Assembly (NCBI GenBank): GCA_008632985.1
Contig: QPGO01000132.1
Coordinates: 186,001-233,848 of the forward strand
From: Psammoneis japonica
Taxonomy: Eukaryota
Direction: 5' to 3'
DNA length: 47,848 nt
The notes under the pieces: generated by a model
Seen by the model: the letters and a program-made list of their open reading frames with translations, nothing else
What the model was told of the DNA's origin: nothing
Databases searched by the model: none
Position numbers and translations under genes: made by a program
Shown: positions 1-12,779 of the stretch, one piece after another
Position numbering within the stretch: the stretch's first letter is position 1
Layout of the letters: every line of letters begins with the position of its first letter

Positions 1-445
1 CATCATGGTGTCTCTAGCTGTATTATGCCTTGCGCGCAGGTGCCCCCGCGCGGACACACAAGAATTTTTTCGACTCCCTCCGACACGCGCTCGCTAAAAA
101 AAAAACCGAAAAACGACTCCGGATGGCATCTTGTCGTTGATTGTAAGTAATTGGACGATTATCGTGATAGTTTGACCAGGCGGAAACGCTACACTAGTCC
201 CTAAGATTATATCACTTGAAGGTCTTGTGAAGATTTGAAGAGACACTCGAGAAATCTACCAGGATTTGTTGTGCTTGGATGTCACCGAAATGCTGCACTT
301 TTCTGCGCAATTCATTCTTTGTCGAATCTCCATCTTCCTCCCTTGCAGTCGCACCCATCTATTCTGATGATTCAGCATTACACGGGACATTGTGTGGCTT
401 GAGTAGGCTGTAAGTAGACGAGACATTGTGTCATGAAAAAACAAA

Positions 446-1567
446 ATGGCCAACAACATCGATTGCGCCGCTGCAGCCCAGTGCGGACTTGCTGTCAATG
501 ACGATGGCGGAACGCATGAACGTGGGAGGGCATGTGGTGTGGAGAAGAAGATCGAAGTTCAGAGGGTCTGTCAATCGCTACAAGACATGTCAGAGAGTGG
601 CAGGCCAAATCTAACAGAAGTCGCTCGGGTTTGCAGGGTTGACCGCAAATTTGCAGTCAAAGTGGAACGAGAACTTGACTGTTGCGGCCAAGTGCTTCAC
701 CCGCGAAAGATTCACCAGAAACGAATGTGTGGTCCAGGCGTCAACACAATTGACAGTCTAGATGCTTTTGTCCTTCTGACTCCACATCTGGACGAGCCAA
801 GTCACTCGCTGTCTGGCTGTTGGGAGAATCTGTGCAACCTCACAGGAGCAGTGGTTTCGAACGCTGCCATCAGCAGATTCTGGAATTGTGCATTTACAAC
901 AAGCGGGAAACTTTGCAAGCCAAATCTTGTTCCCTGTGATAAATTCAAACCCGACAACATCCTACGAGCATGCGAGTTCATGATGGTTGTCGCTGAGGTT
1001 GATCCACGGAGGGTCAAATGCGGAGATGAGAAGCTGCTGAAAGGTTCAGAAGTGTGTTGCTGAAGGACAAGGCGAAATGTGCTAATGGGGGAAGTCCCAC
1101 CATCCTTCACATCCTCTGATTTTCGCAACACATGCCCCATCATCGGCTTTTGCGGCATCGACACAAGGACCCACCCTGTGCGTTGCCAGATCCATGACGA
1201 GCCGAATGATGCGGAACAGTTTGCAATGGAGATTGAGCATGCAGTGCATCGGGGCTTTCTCAGAGGTGGTGACATCCTTGTTCTGGACAATGCAGCCTGC
1301 CACGTGCGTGGTGAAAATGCGGTTCTTGAAGAATGGCTGTGGACGGAGCATGGCACATTTGTTTTGTTTCTTCCAACGAGGACCCCTGAATGGAACCCTG
1401 CAGAACTTGTGTGGCGTCAACTTGTGACACAGCTCAAGCACCATCCGATCTGCAGGCTCCGCTCGCACACCGAGCATTCCACCGCCTGTGCTGCCCATGA
1501 CGTGTCATCCCAAATTGCGCATGACCAAGTCTTCTGCATGTGCAGAGCATGTGGACATGTGTCTTAA
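446..1567 (+). pseudogene. IS630/Tc1-type DDE transposase, inactivated
   Basis: ORFs 446..1063 and 1079..1567 are in one frame, split by TGA at 1061..1063 (probably from CGA). Motifs GDEK...LDNAACH...LFLPTRTPEWNPAELVW, with 38 residues between the second D and the E. No Tyr in either ORF. Confidence 0.85.
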
Positions 1568-2723
1568 GCTTGTTCTACAATAGAATGCTCCACTGTAGAA
1601 TGCCCTGCAACAGATTGAGGTGCAATTGAAACTTCCAGGCCCCAGGATTCAGCCCCCGAACACCCGGGTTTCAAGCCCACTCCAATGACGACAACAAAAT
1701 GCCAGCGCAACTCCAGCTGTTGGACATGTTGTTTGAAGGGCAAACAGTCATTGACATCCTGACTAAAACCTCTGAGCAATGATCAATGGTCATGGCGAGT
1801 CAGAATTACAGCTGTGTTCCGCCTCAAGCTTCCGCGTGCAACAGGGGGGGTCAAAATTGCCCATTTGTCACAGCACGTGGAATCTACGTAGATTCTGGTG
1901 TTGACCTTGCTGCAGGCACAGTCAGCAAATGACCCGACAATCACAGCACGCAGGGCCTACGTAGGTCATGGCATTGAACTTACCGTTAAGTCTTGTCAGT
2001 GCATAACCTGCGTGATCACGACTGAAACTTGTGGTGGCGATTCGATTCTTCCCGGGACTGACTGGCGACGAACTGACTGTCACAGTAGAATTTGTACCAG
2101 GTGCTGCGGAAGCTGTGATTAGCAAGTGGGCTGTGATCCAAGAAGGAATCTGGAGCCATGAAGGGGGTGGGGTTTGGAGGCGGAACACACAATTAATTCG
2201 GACTCACCTGTTGGATCTTTCCGTTCAATGGCTGACGGCTGGTGGAAAACCCGGGACTTGCTGTGCTGGGAAACACGTGCGTTTTCCCGCAAAAAATGTC
2301 TCTAAAAATTGATGCTGCTTTGCCGTTGCGAGATTGGATCCATTCGATTCAAATTGTTGATCCGAAAAATACGGCAGTTAGACTTTCACCCCGGCGAGAG
2401 CCACAAAAAGCGCAAGATGTGAGCATTGTCGGTTTCCTGTCCTTTGGGACAATGTCTTGCGAGAACAGAGCAGGTGTGTGTTGTTCATGGTGCCGGGTGT
2501 TTGAACATGAAACTGGCTTTTCGCGGAGCACTGTTGCACGAGAAAGCACAAGGGACGACATGATTTTTAGTGACAGATCTACAACCAATGGAGTTGGGTC
2601 TAGATTGAGACACTGAACAGTGCAATGGTGACAAGATGCAAACACAGTCACCAGCACAGAGAGTCTTGATTGGTTTCAAATGCATCAAGTGGGTTCACGC
2701 AGGAGTTCTGCAGAAATTCGTCT

Positions 2724-4440
2724 TCAAACATCCATGCCTTCGCGTCCAACAGAAGCATTGTTCAAAGCAACATCCTCGCAGACTTGCAAACTTTCAGACT
2801 CGTTGGACAATGAGAAGGATGGTGCAGTCAATGCAGGACGATTCTTTGGAGAACCAGGGAAGGAACATGGCCCCACGCCATTTTGAAAGGAATTCTCCTC
2901 GCCATCAGGATGGCAGTTCTCCTTCTCCTGCGTGCCATTTTCATCAGAATGCACGGGCTCTTCCTCATGTCCTCCATCACACCCTCCATCACATCCATGG
3001 GAGCTGCGACGATCATGGGAGGAGGAGCTGGGAGGTTGGTTTTGGTTGCAGTGGCGAGAGATGCTGTCAGAGCGAGTGTGCTCCCTGTCACTGGTGCGAG
3101 CACTCTCACCATGGCGAGAGACACTGTCAGAGCGAGTGCACTCCCTGTCACTGGCGCGAGCACTCTCACCGCGGCGAGAGATGCTGTCAGAGTGACTGCA
3201 CTCCCTGTCACTGGCGCGAGTGCTCTCACCACGGCGTGAGATGCTGCGACGGCGGTGAGAGCGAGAGTGACTGCGAGAGTGACTGTGACAGTGGCAAGAG
3301 CAAGAACGATTGTGGCAGCGATGGGAATCACTGCAGTCACTCTCACCGTCGCTGGAGCTTGGACTGCGGCAAGAGTGGCTGCGGCCTCTGCTCCCGTGTC
3401 CTCTCGAATGACCACGACGACTGCTGCTGTGGCATCGATTGCGGGAACAACCACGACACCTTGTTTGTTCTTGGTGACAGGAATCATCAGACTGCCTCTG
3501 ACCATGTGGCATTGGACACCCGGAGCCAAGCTTTTTGAGGAAGAAGAGAAAAGGCCAGCGAGTGGAGTCAAAGAAATCAAAAAGAAATGAAAGACATGAA
3601 AGATGCATGAGTGCAGCAAAGAAATGACATGATGCTCACAACGAACTGCCCATTGGAAGCATGCAGTGATTGCATGCATTCCTTCTTTGCATCCAAAGCA
3701 TTCTTCTTCTCCTGCTTTTTTGAATCAACTTTGATTTGCTCTTTCACCCTGAATTCTTCGACATGTGACAGGCTCGCTTGTTTCTTCTTTTCACACACGT
3801 CGTCCTGCGAGGCATTGTTGCTGGAGCTCTTGTTCTTCCTGTTGGATTCTTTGGCTGCTACAAGCTGCTGTTTCAATGACTCGATTTGGTTGTTCTTTCT
3901 CTTCAAATCCTTTTCCATGCTCTCCAGCTCCTTCTTGTCTCATCGCGACTGCTCAACCGCGGCATTCTTTGCGCTCTGAATTTCGCAGAACTTGTTTTGA
4001 AGCGTTGCCTTTGACTGGGCCATCTTGACAAGACTGCCATGCATGGACTTCATGTTGTCACACATGGAATCAACAGATGTGGCTGCTGCTGCCTCCAAGT
4101 GTCCATGGCTGTTGTGCTTTTCCACCAAAGTCTTCTCCAATTTTTCAATGCGCTCGTTTGCCAGCACGACTGCATTTGTGCAGGGGGCAACCTTCTTTCC
4201 CCTTGGCTTTGTGACAGCACCCGGCAAGTCCTTCTTGTAAAGCTTGTTCTGTTTTGGAGGCAGCAGTGGCTTCTGAGGTAGCGCAGGAATGTGATTGGGT
4301 GCAGGGATTGACAGTGGTGTCGGCTCGGTTTCGGTGCGCGTCGGAACTTCGGTCCTTTCTCTTGGTGGGTCCCGCTCTGGAGACACTGTTGATGAATCTT
4401 GTGACACAATGTCATCATGGCGACTTGGAGCCATTGCCCA
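2724..4440 (-). pseudogene. Second, decayed ORF inside the Tc1-like element: Pro-rich N-terminus, Lys/Glu coiled-coil, Arg/Ser-rich C-terminus
   Basis: Consecutive minus-strand ORF pieces (3940..4590, 3577..3918, 2724..3608) with coherent low-complexity protein character, broken by stops and frameshifts. Confidence 0.5.
3051..3246. repeat. 60-bp tandem repeat, ~3.3 copies
   Basis: Unit similar to RYGGCGAGAGAYRCTGTCAGAGYGASTGYRCTCCCTGTCACTGGYGCGAGYRCTCTCACC at 3051, 3111, 3171 and partially 3231. Confidence 0.9.
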
Positions 4441-5056
4441 AGGGGTGTGGGAGTGCGACAAGCCGCCGCCGGCTCTCATTTGACTGAGTTTGTTTGTCAT
4501 GGCGTCGTTTTTGTGCTTTTTTTGTGCGTTGCGGTGAGCGGAGCGACTGCAGAAAAAAATCGACGTTCGCGCGGGGGCACCTGCGCGCAAGGCACAACAG
4601 TTGCGATTCTTTTTTTTTCAATCTGGATCTTTGCGCATCAATTGTGCATGCGCGCGTTTGATGCATGATGACGTCCGGCCGGCCGGCACCTGTGGCCATC
4701 CCACGACCAATCAACGCTGCCAGCAGCTGGCTGCCACTGGCTGGCTGCGGCAGAGAGCAACACCCGTCCAACTTGACAGTTGCAACGGGCTTCATTAAAC
4801 CACCTTGGCAAGCTTGTGTGTGGTTGCACCAATCAAGGAGCAACATTGACAACAATGGGAAGCAAAAGAGTGCCCCGCCGCAGTGATCATGTGCGTCTCT
4901 GGTGGCCCACCAGTGAGGTGTGGTGAAAATGATTTCCAATTTCCCATGCAGACCACAAAAGCAATTTCATCAGCAGCAGTTCCTGCCCTGCACCTTGCCA
5001 TGGCTTGCAAAGTGTCGAAACAATGACAACATGCTGTGGAGCTTTGCCAGCGCTTC

Positions 5057-5917
5057 TTGTGGAGGAGTGCAAAAGGAGTCACGGCACCCATTCCTCGTGA
5101 ACCCTCCATCAACAGAAATGACTTGTCCAGCGATGCAGCCTGAAATGGGCAAACACAAGAATGCCGCCAATCCTGCCACCTCTCTTGGCTTGCCCACTTG
5201 TCCCAGGGGCATCCTTTCAATGACAGGTCCAAGACAATGAGAGTGAGTCAAGCAGCAATGCAGTCGACAAAGCAGCGGAAAAGTTGGTCATGATGTGGCA
5301 TCACAACAAGGGAGATGCAAACGTTTTGGTGCCAGGCTCATTTCACACCGTTTGCAAGACTCAACTCTACGAACTTGCAGCACCAATTCTGTGTTGGTGT
5401 GCCTTGGCACAACACAATTCACATGAATGCCATCAGCAGGGGCCCCCCATTCACACACCCAACTCCCAGTTGTCTCTGATTCATGGCTGCCTTTGCAGAT
5501 GTGCAAGTTGTCCCCGACTTGACACATGTGACCCCTGCAACCAACCCAATGTTGACAACACTGCTGGTTGATCCATTGCTTTATTTTGACAGGTGGTTGT
5601 GACATGTGCCATTGTTGGGTGAAATGTCGTGCTCTGAAAGTTGGTCTTCCAGATCATGAACTCAAGATCTTCTTCCATGTGTTCAACAGACTGCCCACGG
5701 GTGTTGGCACCCACATTGTTGACAAGTGCATCTGGTTGTTGCCTCTTGCCAAGAAACTTCATGATTTCAGAAACCAGCATTGCTTGACCTTGTTTTGTTG
5801 AAACATCCACCACAAGCCCGCCACGCCCACCCCCCTGCCTTCCTCCATTGTGTTGAGCACAGCTGTTCAAGTCATCTTGATTTCATCCCCACAAGTCACA
5901 AGACACAACACTGAAGC
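5057..5917 (-). pseudogene. 5'-truncated, hypermutated copy of the tropinone-reductase-like SDR at 19424..20413
   Basis: Aligns to 19424..20249 and retains the intron. The 3' flank also aligns (~4665..5056 with ~19085..19423). [10 protein letters not shown] has become [11 protein letters not shown], and there are frameshifts. Confidence 0.92.
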
Positions 5918-5959
5918 ACACACCTCTGATGTCCTCCAAACCTTGAAACCACTGGCATG

Positions 5960-7511
5960 TCATGTCCCAAAGGCTCAAGCATGCCTGCTGAGCACCACCT
6001 GCTCACTCCAGACCCCCGTTCGGATGCACAAAAATGGGGGTTTGGTTGTGTCAACGACCCCAAGGCCCTCTTGAGGGATCTGGTTGCTTTGGTCATTCCC
6101 AAGTGCCATCTCCTGCTCATCAAGTTGCACAAGAGTGAGAGTGCTTCTTGGGAAAAAATGTGCACATGCTCATGGTGGATTCACTTGGCGGGCAGTCAAA
6201 CAATCCAGACCTGGTGGAAGCACTGTTGCCATTGGCTTGGTGTGATCCACACCTCCACCATGTTGGCAATGATGTTAGAAGAGTGTTCCTTCCAGTGGAA
6301 GCAAACCTCACCATGGAAAACAATGAGATTGATGTCACAGGGGGAGACATTGGCTGGACCGACAAAGACACAATTTGGTCAACCTGAACAAGTCAACATC
6401 TGCATGAGAGAAATCAACAAGTGTGTTGGATCAAAGCACATTGGGTGCAGCATTGACAGTTTCACTGGATGCTCTAGAGCCATTGTCTTTGTTCTTGACA
6501 AGAGCCAGTCTGATGATTTGGTGAGTCAAAACAACTGGGGAAAGGCTGTGGCCATTCATTCTGGGGATCATCTATTTTTTGCATGATCAAAAGGGTGTTT
6601 TTGATGAATGAGCACCCTGTTTTCAAGAACTTGTGAGGCACTTTGATGACAACTCTGGCACTGCAACAATGCATGCCAGCAGAAGTTGGGCACCACAATG
6701 ACTCTTGCACCAGTGATTCAGATTAGCAGGCTCAATGATGTGGGTGCACACACATGGTTTTCAATGAATGTGGTGGGTGACAACTTCTTGTTTTAATTGC
6801 AACAAATTGCTGTTTTTGATTGTGACAAATGGTTGAAATTGGCACCAACACAAGGTCACTTGTTGTGCAGTTGAGCAGGGAACAGTTCATTGCAAAGCAC
6901 CAACCCATGTTGAACTCACAGTTTGGCTCAATTCCATGATGTGCACATTGTTGCTGAGTGACTCAGGCAAAGACAACATTGATGACTGCACAAAGAACAT
7001 GGAGTGGTTTCATGCTCAATTGCAAGCAACATCAAAACATCACTTCTCTGGTCTTGGCTCACATCTCAAAGGGAGACTTCCACTGGCAAGAGAGAGACAA
7101 TGCTTGCAGCTGGGCTCTCACTTTGCACGGAGCACATTCTGTGACAAATCTGCACACACAAGCACAACAGTGTGCTTGCGCAACCATGTTGCTCAGTGCA
7201 TTGAGCACATTGGAGATGATGAAACAATGCCAGCATCTGCAAACCACTTTCCACCACGTGCAGCCAGGACCAAGAGTGGTGCGCACCTTGTTGAGCACAA
7301 CCTGAGAAATTTGACAACTCTCAAGCTGGAGTGGCAGTGGAGTTGCTGTTGTTTGAAAAACTCACAAGCTGGCATCAAAGTTGAGCAATTCAAAGAACCA
7401 AAAAAGAGCAAATTTTGCCAAAGCTGCCCACACGAGTCCATTGCTGAGCATGCTCTGATGAAAAAAGCTTTCAAAGAGTTGGCTGAGTCAGTTGCCAGGT
7501 GTTGTGTTTGA
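5960..7511 (+). other. Heavily decayed coding remnant, probably TE-derived; family not recognised
   Basis: TpA- and CpG-depleted sequence with protein-like plus-strand fragments (5957..6586, 6936..7511). No diagnostic motif seen. Confidence 0.25.
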
Positions 7512-8430
7512 TCCAGCTAAGAAAGCAGAAATTGTTGGGTTGTTTGGCTGGAGCGAGCATGAAATCCAAGAGCTCAAGAAGAAGCTCAAAGTCCAGGGAA
7601 ACTGAGACACGTTGGTGGACAAAAACAACAAGGCATTTGGGCTGCCTTTTTGGGCTTGTGTGTGGGCTCTCAATCAAGCCAAGGTGCAGCACATGTCAAG
7701 CAATCTTGGGTGTGAATGGCAGCTCAGGTGGTGTGGGAAGGATGATGTGTGGTGGATTTTTTTGCTGCAACATGCAAATGAGTGATGATTGACAAAGGGA
7801 AGTGCCAGTTGGTTCTGCAGCAGCAGCTCTGGTGTTGATGCTCTCTGCTCTCCCTGCTTGTTGCGCACTGCACCATGGGAGTGTGACAAATGTGACCACC
7901 AACATAGAAAACTGACACAAAAAATGCACAAAAAAAAACTGTCACGTGACAGTTTTGAGTTGGCGCGGCACTGCATTGCCGTTGGAACACAGGAGGTTCA
8001 GATGTTGGGTGCTGCTCAACTGGGTGTGACACTCGAACAGATGATGGCCAGGATTTTGCAGATTTTTGAATGTTGTTTGTTGAAACATGAGGGTTGTGTG
8101 AAAGCTCTGCACCAGATTGCATGGAATTCCACATGACCGGTGGGCACTGCACCTGCCACTGCAAGTTGTTTGTTTTTGCAACACAACGTGGTGATGACAA
8201 TGATGCTGCTTTCACATCAATGCAGGAGGCAGACCTGTTGGCACAGACACATGTTGAGATTGTTTTCTGACACTGCACATCAACAGGGTTCCAACAGTTG
8301 GCACTGAAAGTGCACAACCTGCTGTGCCAGCATGGCTGGATCAATGCAGTGACATGAGGAGTGACCATTTGTGGTGAAATTGAATTTCCTTGTTGTCAGA
8401 GACAATTGTCAATGCCCCCCCCCCCCCCCC

Positions 8431-11400
8431 CCCCCCCGCAAGTCTGCACATTGTCCATGGCTGCTTTTGCCCATGACAATTGTGTGACATTTTTCCATCA
8501 CAGAAACAGTGAAACAACCATGAAGATTGCTGAGGCCACAAGGCTTGTTGTTGCTGCCGTTCCAGCTGCCTTTTGAGGTGCATGGATGGATGGGGACTTT
8601 GCACCTGAGGCACTGCAACATGGCGGCTTTCTGGGACTTCACAAGTCCAATGTCTTGTCTGCCCTCCAAGATGCCTCAAATTTGGTTGCCCTTCATGCAG
8701 ACAACCACCGAGGATCCATGCTGCTGTGCTGTTTCTCTGCCAGGTGAAGAACTCCATCACAACTGCCATGAAACACATGAGTCTAAAGGATGTTTCCTCA
8801 AATGATTGGAAACAAATGGTTCCTGAGAATGTCCAGAGAAAAGGATGCAACCAAACTCACAAGAACACAATCAGAGTCATGCAATCTGTGAAAATGCAAT
8901 GGTGGCACGACTTTGGTTTTTGTTGGGCTTCTCTGCATGCATGGGAGTTGCTTGAGTGGCAATTGCCAGGCAACACATGATTCTAAGACACCTTTGTGGG
9001 TGTTGCCATTTGAAGCATGGAGCATTTCTGCTGCATGAGCCCAGAATCTAGATGGTCAACACATGATTGGCACAAAGACATGACACTTTCTAGAGCATTT
9101 CTCTTAGACATGTGGAGCATTTCTGTTGGGTGCAACCTGGAATTGAGAGCAACAATGCACAACGATTTAAAATCAATGCACCAACATGACACTTTGTAGA
9201 TTGTCCCCATTTTAAGCAGGCATGCAGTCTTTCCATTGTGCAACCTGGAATCAAGAGTTGTGGTTGGTTGCTCCAAGCATTCCCTGGTTCTTGCTCAAGC
9301 TTCTTCCATCGCATCTTTTTGTTGGCTGCTTCTTCAATTTGGGCAGGGCTTTGAGGCATGAGAGGCATCAGGTGTGTCAGCATGGCATCATTGGCCATCA
9401 ACAGTGAGGTGCAAATGTTGTCATAAAAAAACACTTCTCGCTGGCAATCCTTTTGACTGAACCTCATCAACAGGAGCAAAACAAATGATTTGCAGGAAAG
9501 GATTGACAGCAGGACAGTTGCAACGACCAAACAAACATTTGCAAGATGCAAGACTTTGGCGCAACATGACACAGAACATCAACATTTTGCGACTCACTCA
9601 CTCCTGGCACTGAAACCTTGGTTTTCTTCCGCGCTGGCACCACACATCATGCACCGGGCTTGCATGCTTTTTTTGTCAACTTTGTTTTTTATTTGGCTGG
9701 GCTTGGGCGAGTTTGGTGCATCATTGCCTGGCAACGGCAACATTGCAGCACACTGTTGTTGTCATCACAAAAACACTTTCTGCTGGTGATCCTTTCCACC
9801 AAACCTCACCAACAGGAGTCAAACAAACAATTTGTCAAAAACGATTGCCAGCAGGAAAGCTGCAACAAGGATGGCATGCAACAGACTCAAGCAGACATTG
9901 TTGCGGCAACAACACAAGAAGGGTTGCGTTCCACTCACAAAAGTTGCTCAATCGGATGGATGTGCAGACTCACGGGGGGTCCTCATGAACACAACCCTTC
10001 TCGTGTGTTGTCACCATGACAACATCTGTTTGAGTCTGTTGCATGCCATCTTCAATGCAGCTTTCCTGCTGGCAACTGTTTTTGACAAATTGTTCACTCT
10101 GCTCTTGTTGGTGAGGTTTGGCAAAAAGGATTGCCAGCAGAAAGCATTTTTCGACAACAACAATTGCATCTCAATGTCGCCATCACCAACCAGCAGCGAC
10201 ACCCCAAACGCCTCCAAGCCCAGCCAAATGAAAAGAAAAATTGACAAAAGGAAGCATGCAATCCTGGTGCACAATGTGCAGTGCTGGTGCAGAAGAAAAC
10301 CAAGAAGGCTCCAGTGCCAGGAGCAAGTCGCAAAATGTCAATGTCCTTTGTCATGTTGCGCCAACATCTCGCATCTTGTGAGCATTCGTTTGGTCATTGT
10401 GGCTGTCTTGCAGTCAATCCTCTCCCACAAATCATTTGTTCTGCTCCCATTGGCGAGGTTTGATCAAAAGGATTGACAGCAGAAGGTTTTTTATGACAAG
10501 AATCATGCACCTCAATGTCGCCGTTGCCAAGCAGCGATGCAACAAACGCCTTCCACAAGGCCACACAAATGGAGGTGGTAAAGCCGATGAAAAGAAATGG
10601 AGGAAGAGGTGCAAGCAAGAGATGTGGAATGTCTTTGGCTGTCCCTTTGTTGACAGAGAAGTTTTGAATGTGAACACAACCACAAACAGTGTCTTTTGTG
10701 GGTTGGTGGCATCAAACAAATGCGCGCAGTGTGAGAGCCACTGGGAACCAAAAAAGAATGCCAAACTTTCTCCTGTGGGATGCTCGCAATGCCTGCCCAT
10801 CAGAGAATGGCAAGTGCAAGGATTGCAAAAATGGTCAGAGCTGGGACAACTGCGCTGTGACTGGAAGCGCTGCTGTTTGTCAGCATGACAGAGCATTTGC
10901 CACAGCTCCAGAATCCAGGTTTTTATTCTGCAACTCTTGACTCCAGGTTTGCGTTTGACACCGCATCCATGGATTCACCAGGTGAAATTGGCAAAAGTCG
11001 GGCATGGCAAAAAGTGCGCAATTGGTCAAAATTGATCATTGAGTGCAAATGGTGGTGTCTTTGGGGTCCCGTTGGTGAGCCGAACACGCACATTTCTCAT
11101 TTGACCATCATGGGTCCGTCTCAATGGGGGGGTGTCAAAATGCCATGCTTTGACGTGTGAGCAACTCCTGTGCAGCAAAATGCCCAACATGCCTGCTGCG
11201 GTGTGTTTTCTCAGATTGGATGTTTCTGATCATTGTCAAATCGAAAAATGCTCTGCAAATCATTGCATCCTTGGAAGCAAACCCTCTTTTTGGACTCCTT
11301 TGCTTCCTGACAGCTAGAGCAACAGTGCAGTGGCACATCCCACATCCCTTGCAGCATTTGTCTGCACATGGGGCTGCAACCGAATTTTTCTAATTTGATG

Positions 11401-11644
11401 TGCCTCAGAGGGCACGTGAGATTCTGGACTTGTGAAGTCCCAGAAAGCCACCGCGCTGCAGTGCCTTGTGTGCAAGGTGAGGATCCATCCACACACTGTG
11501 CAAGCACCAGCCAGAAATGCAGCGACAAGAAGCTTTGCGGCCCATGCAATCTTCATGGTTGGTTTGACATTGTTGTGATGGAAACACATTGCACATTTGT
11601 CATGGGCTAAAGCAGCCATGGTTGGCGCACAGACTTGCGGGGGG
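8431..11644. mobile_element. Non-autonomous foldback-like element with ~260-bp TIRs and long internal inverted arms
   Basis: 8431..~8690 is the reverse complement of ~11385..11644 (CCCCCCGCAAGTCTG...CCATGAAGATTGC...GGCTTTCTGGGACTTCACAAGTCCA). Internal arms at ~9240..9935 and ~9985..10950. Confidence 0.75.
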
Positions 11645-12779
11645 TCCCCATCAAGGATGGATCTATGTGCTGCGGTTTGTTTTTTGGGAGCTCACAATTT
11701 TTGTAAAAATGAAATGGATTCTTTGTGCTGAATGCACACGCTCACCAAAAACAAAATTTGGGCAACAGGCCGAACTTTGTCCGCTTTAAAGACACCACAA
11801 AATGCATGAACAATGGTTGTGAGCATGCACAACTTTTGCCTTGTTGACAGCAGACATGTCCACAGCCAGTCAAATGCCACTCATCAGATTTTCCCAGAAA
11901 GTTGTGGCCAATCTCCCACAAGAAGCCAGGTTTTAGTGACAGTCAGTGGTTTTTTCGACAACCTGGCAACAGGGCCCGATGAGCGGCATTTGAAGCTTTG
12001 AATGTGCAGCTCATGTGCCAGTGTGAAAGCCCTGAGAAGGGCTTGACGAGTGCATGAGTGCTTGGGGGGTCTCCCAGGCAGCAGGTCAAAACAGCATGGT
12101 GAAGTGTGGGAAAGTGAGCTGTTTTAAATTAGACCACAGCATGCAGATCCATCTCCTCAATCAGAAGGTGCACAAAAAATGGCGTGCAAAAGCCATTTGC
12201 CGGGCGGCATGGTCATCACTCACTCCCCAGCATTCGGGAGATTAGAGGTCTGCACACATGTTGCACATGCTTTTACATTGCATGGAAATCTGTGCACTTG
12301 CACATGCAGAACTCGGCATTTTAAATTTTGGGCATGTGCACAATTTATGAGCATCTGAAAATTTTCCATTGTCCCAAATGCTGGGAGTTCTCGCTTCCAT
12401 GCATTGAGCATTGAGCGAGTGTTGAGCCAGTCCATGATGCATGTGATGGATCACCAGTCCAAAAACATCCATTGCATTCTGTCTGTGCCCGCAGCCTGTG
12501 GTGGTGTTGGTGCTGCCAGTGCTGCTGGTGCTGCTGGTGCTGCTGCTGCCAACCATTGTTGCATCTCATTCACAGCCAGAACACCAGACCAATCTCAGTT
12601 GCCTGCTTTTAAAGCCATTGCTCATGATGAACCCCAAAGCTGCTTTGGAGATAGAAGAAGACTGACAAGAGGCCAAGATGCACCTGATGGGTGGGGGAGA
12701 TGTCTCCAATCATGCTGCGGCACCACAATCCAAGGAAGACAAGGACGCCCTGATTGCATCACTGCCAAAGAAAAATGCA

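Larger units (their letters stand above)
21..4599. mobile_element. Tc1/mariner-IS630-superfamily DNA transposon (~4.6 kb) with terminal inverted repeats
   Basis: Perfect 27-bp inverted repeat, 26..52 (TGCCTTGCGCGCAGGTGCCCCCGCGCG) and 4568..4594. It extends to 21..52 / 4568..4599, including a terminal TA, if two TA->CA changes on the right end are reverted. Contains a DDE transposase. Confidence 0.8.

Noticed and set aside
446..1567. Alternative genetic code or Tyr recoding
   Set aside because: Intact neighbouring genes use TAY codons and standard stops, and non-coding DNA is affected equally.
3051..3246. Possible CRISPR array
   Set aside because: Contiguous tandem units with no unique spacers, no cas genes, and a eukaryotic context.
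2636..3679. Cys/His-rich 'metallothionein-like' ORF (2636..3538) and Ala/Val/Thr-rich ORFs in other frames
   Set aside because: These are alternative frames of the 60-bp repeat in TpA-depleted DNA.
7935..7956. 22-bp perfect palindrome AAAACTGTCACGTGACAGTTTT
   Set aside because: Real, but it resembles the MITE subterminal motif (ACTGTGACATCGACAGTTTT) and is probably a TE remnant; no independent function can be supported.
8415..8437. 23-C homopolymer
   Set aside because: Probably slippage of the C-rich TIR end; the length is unreliable.
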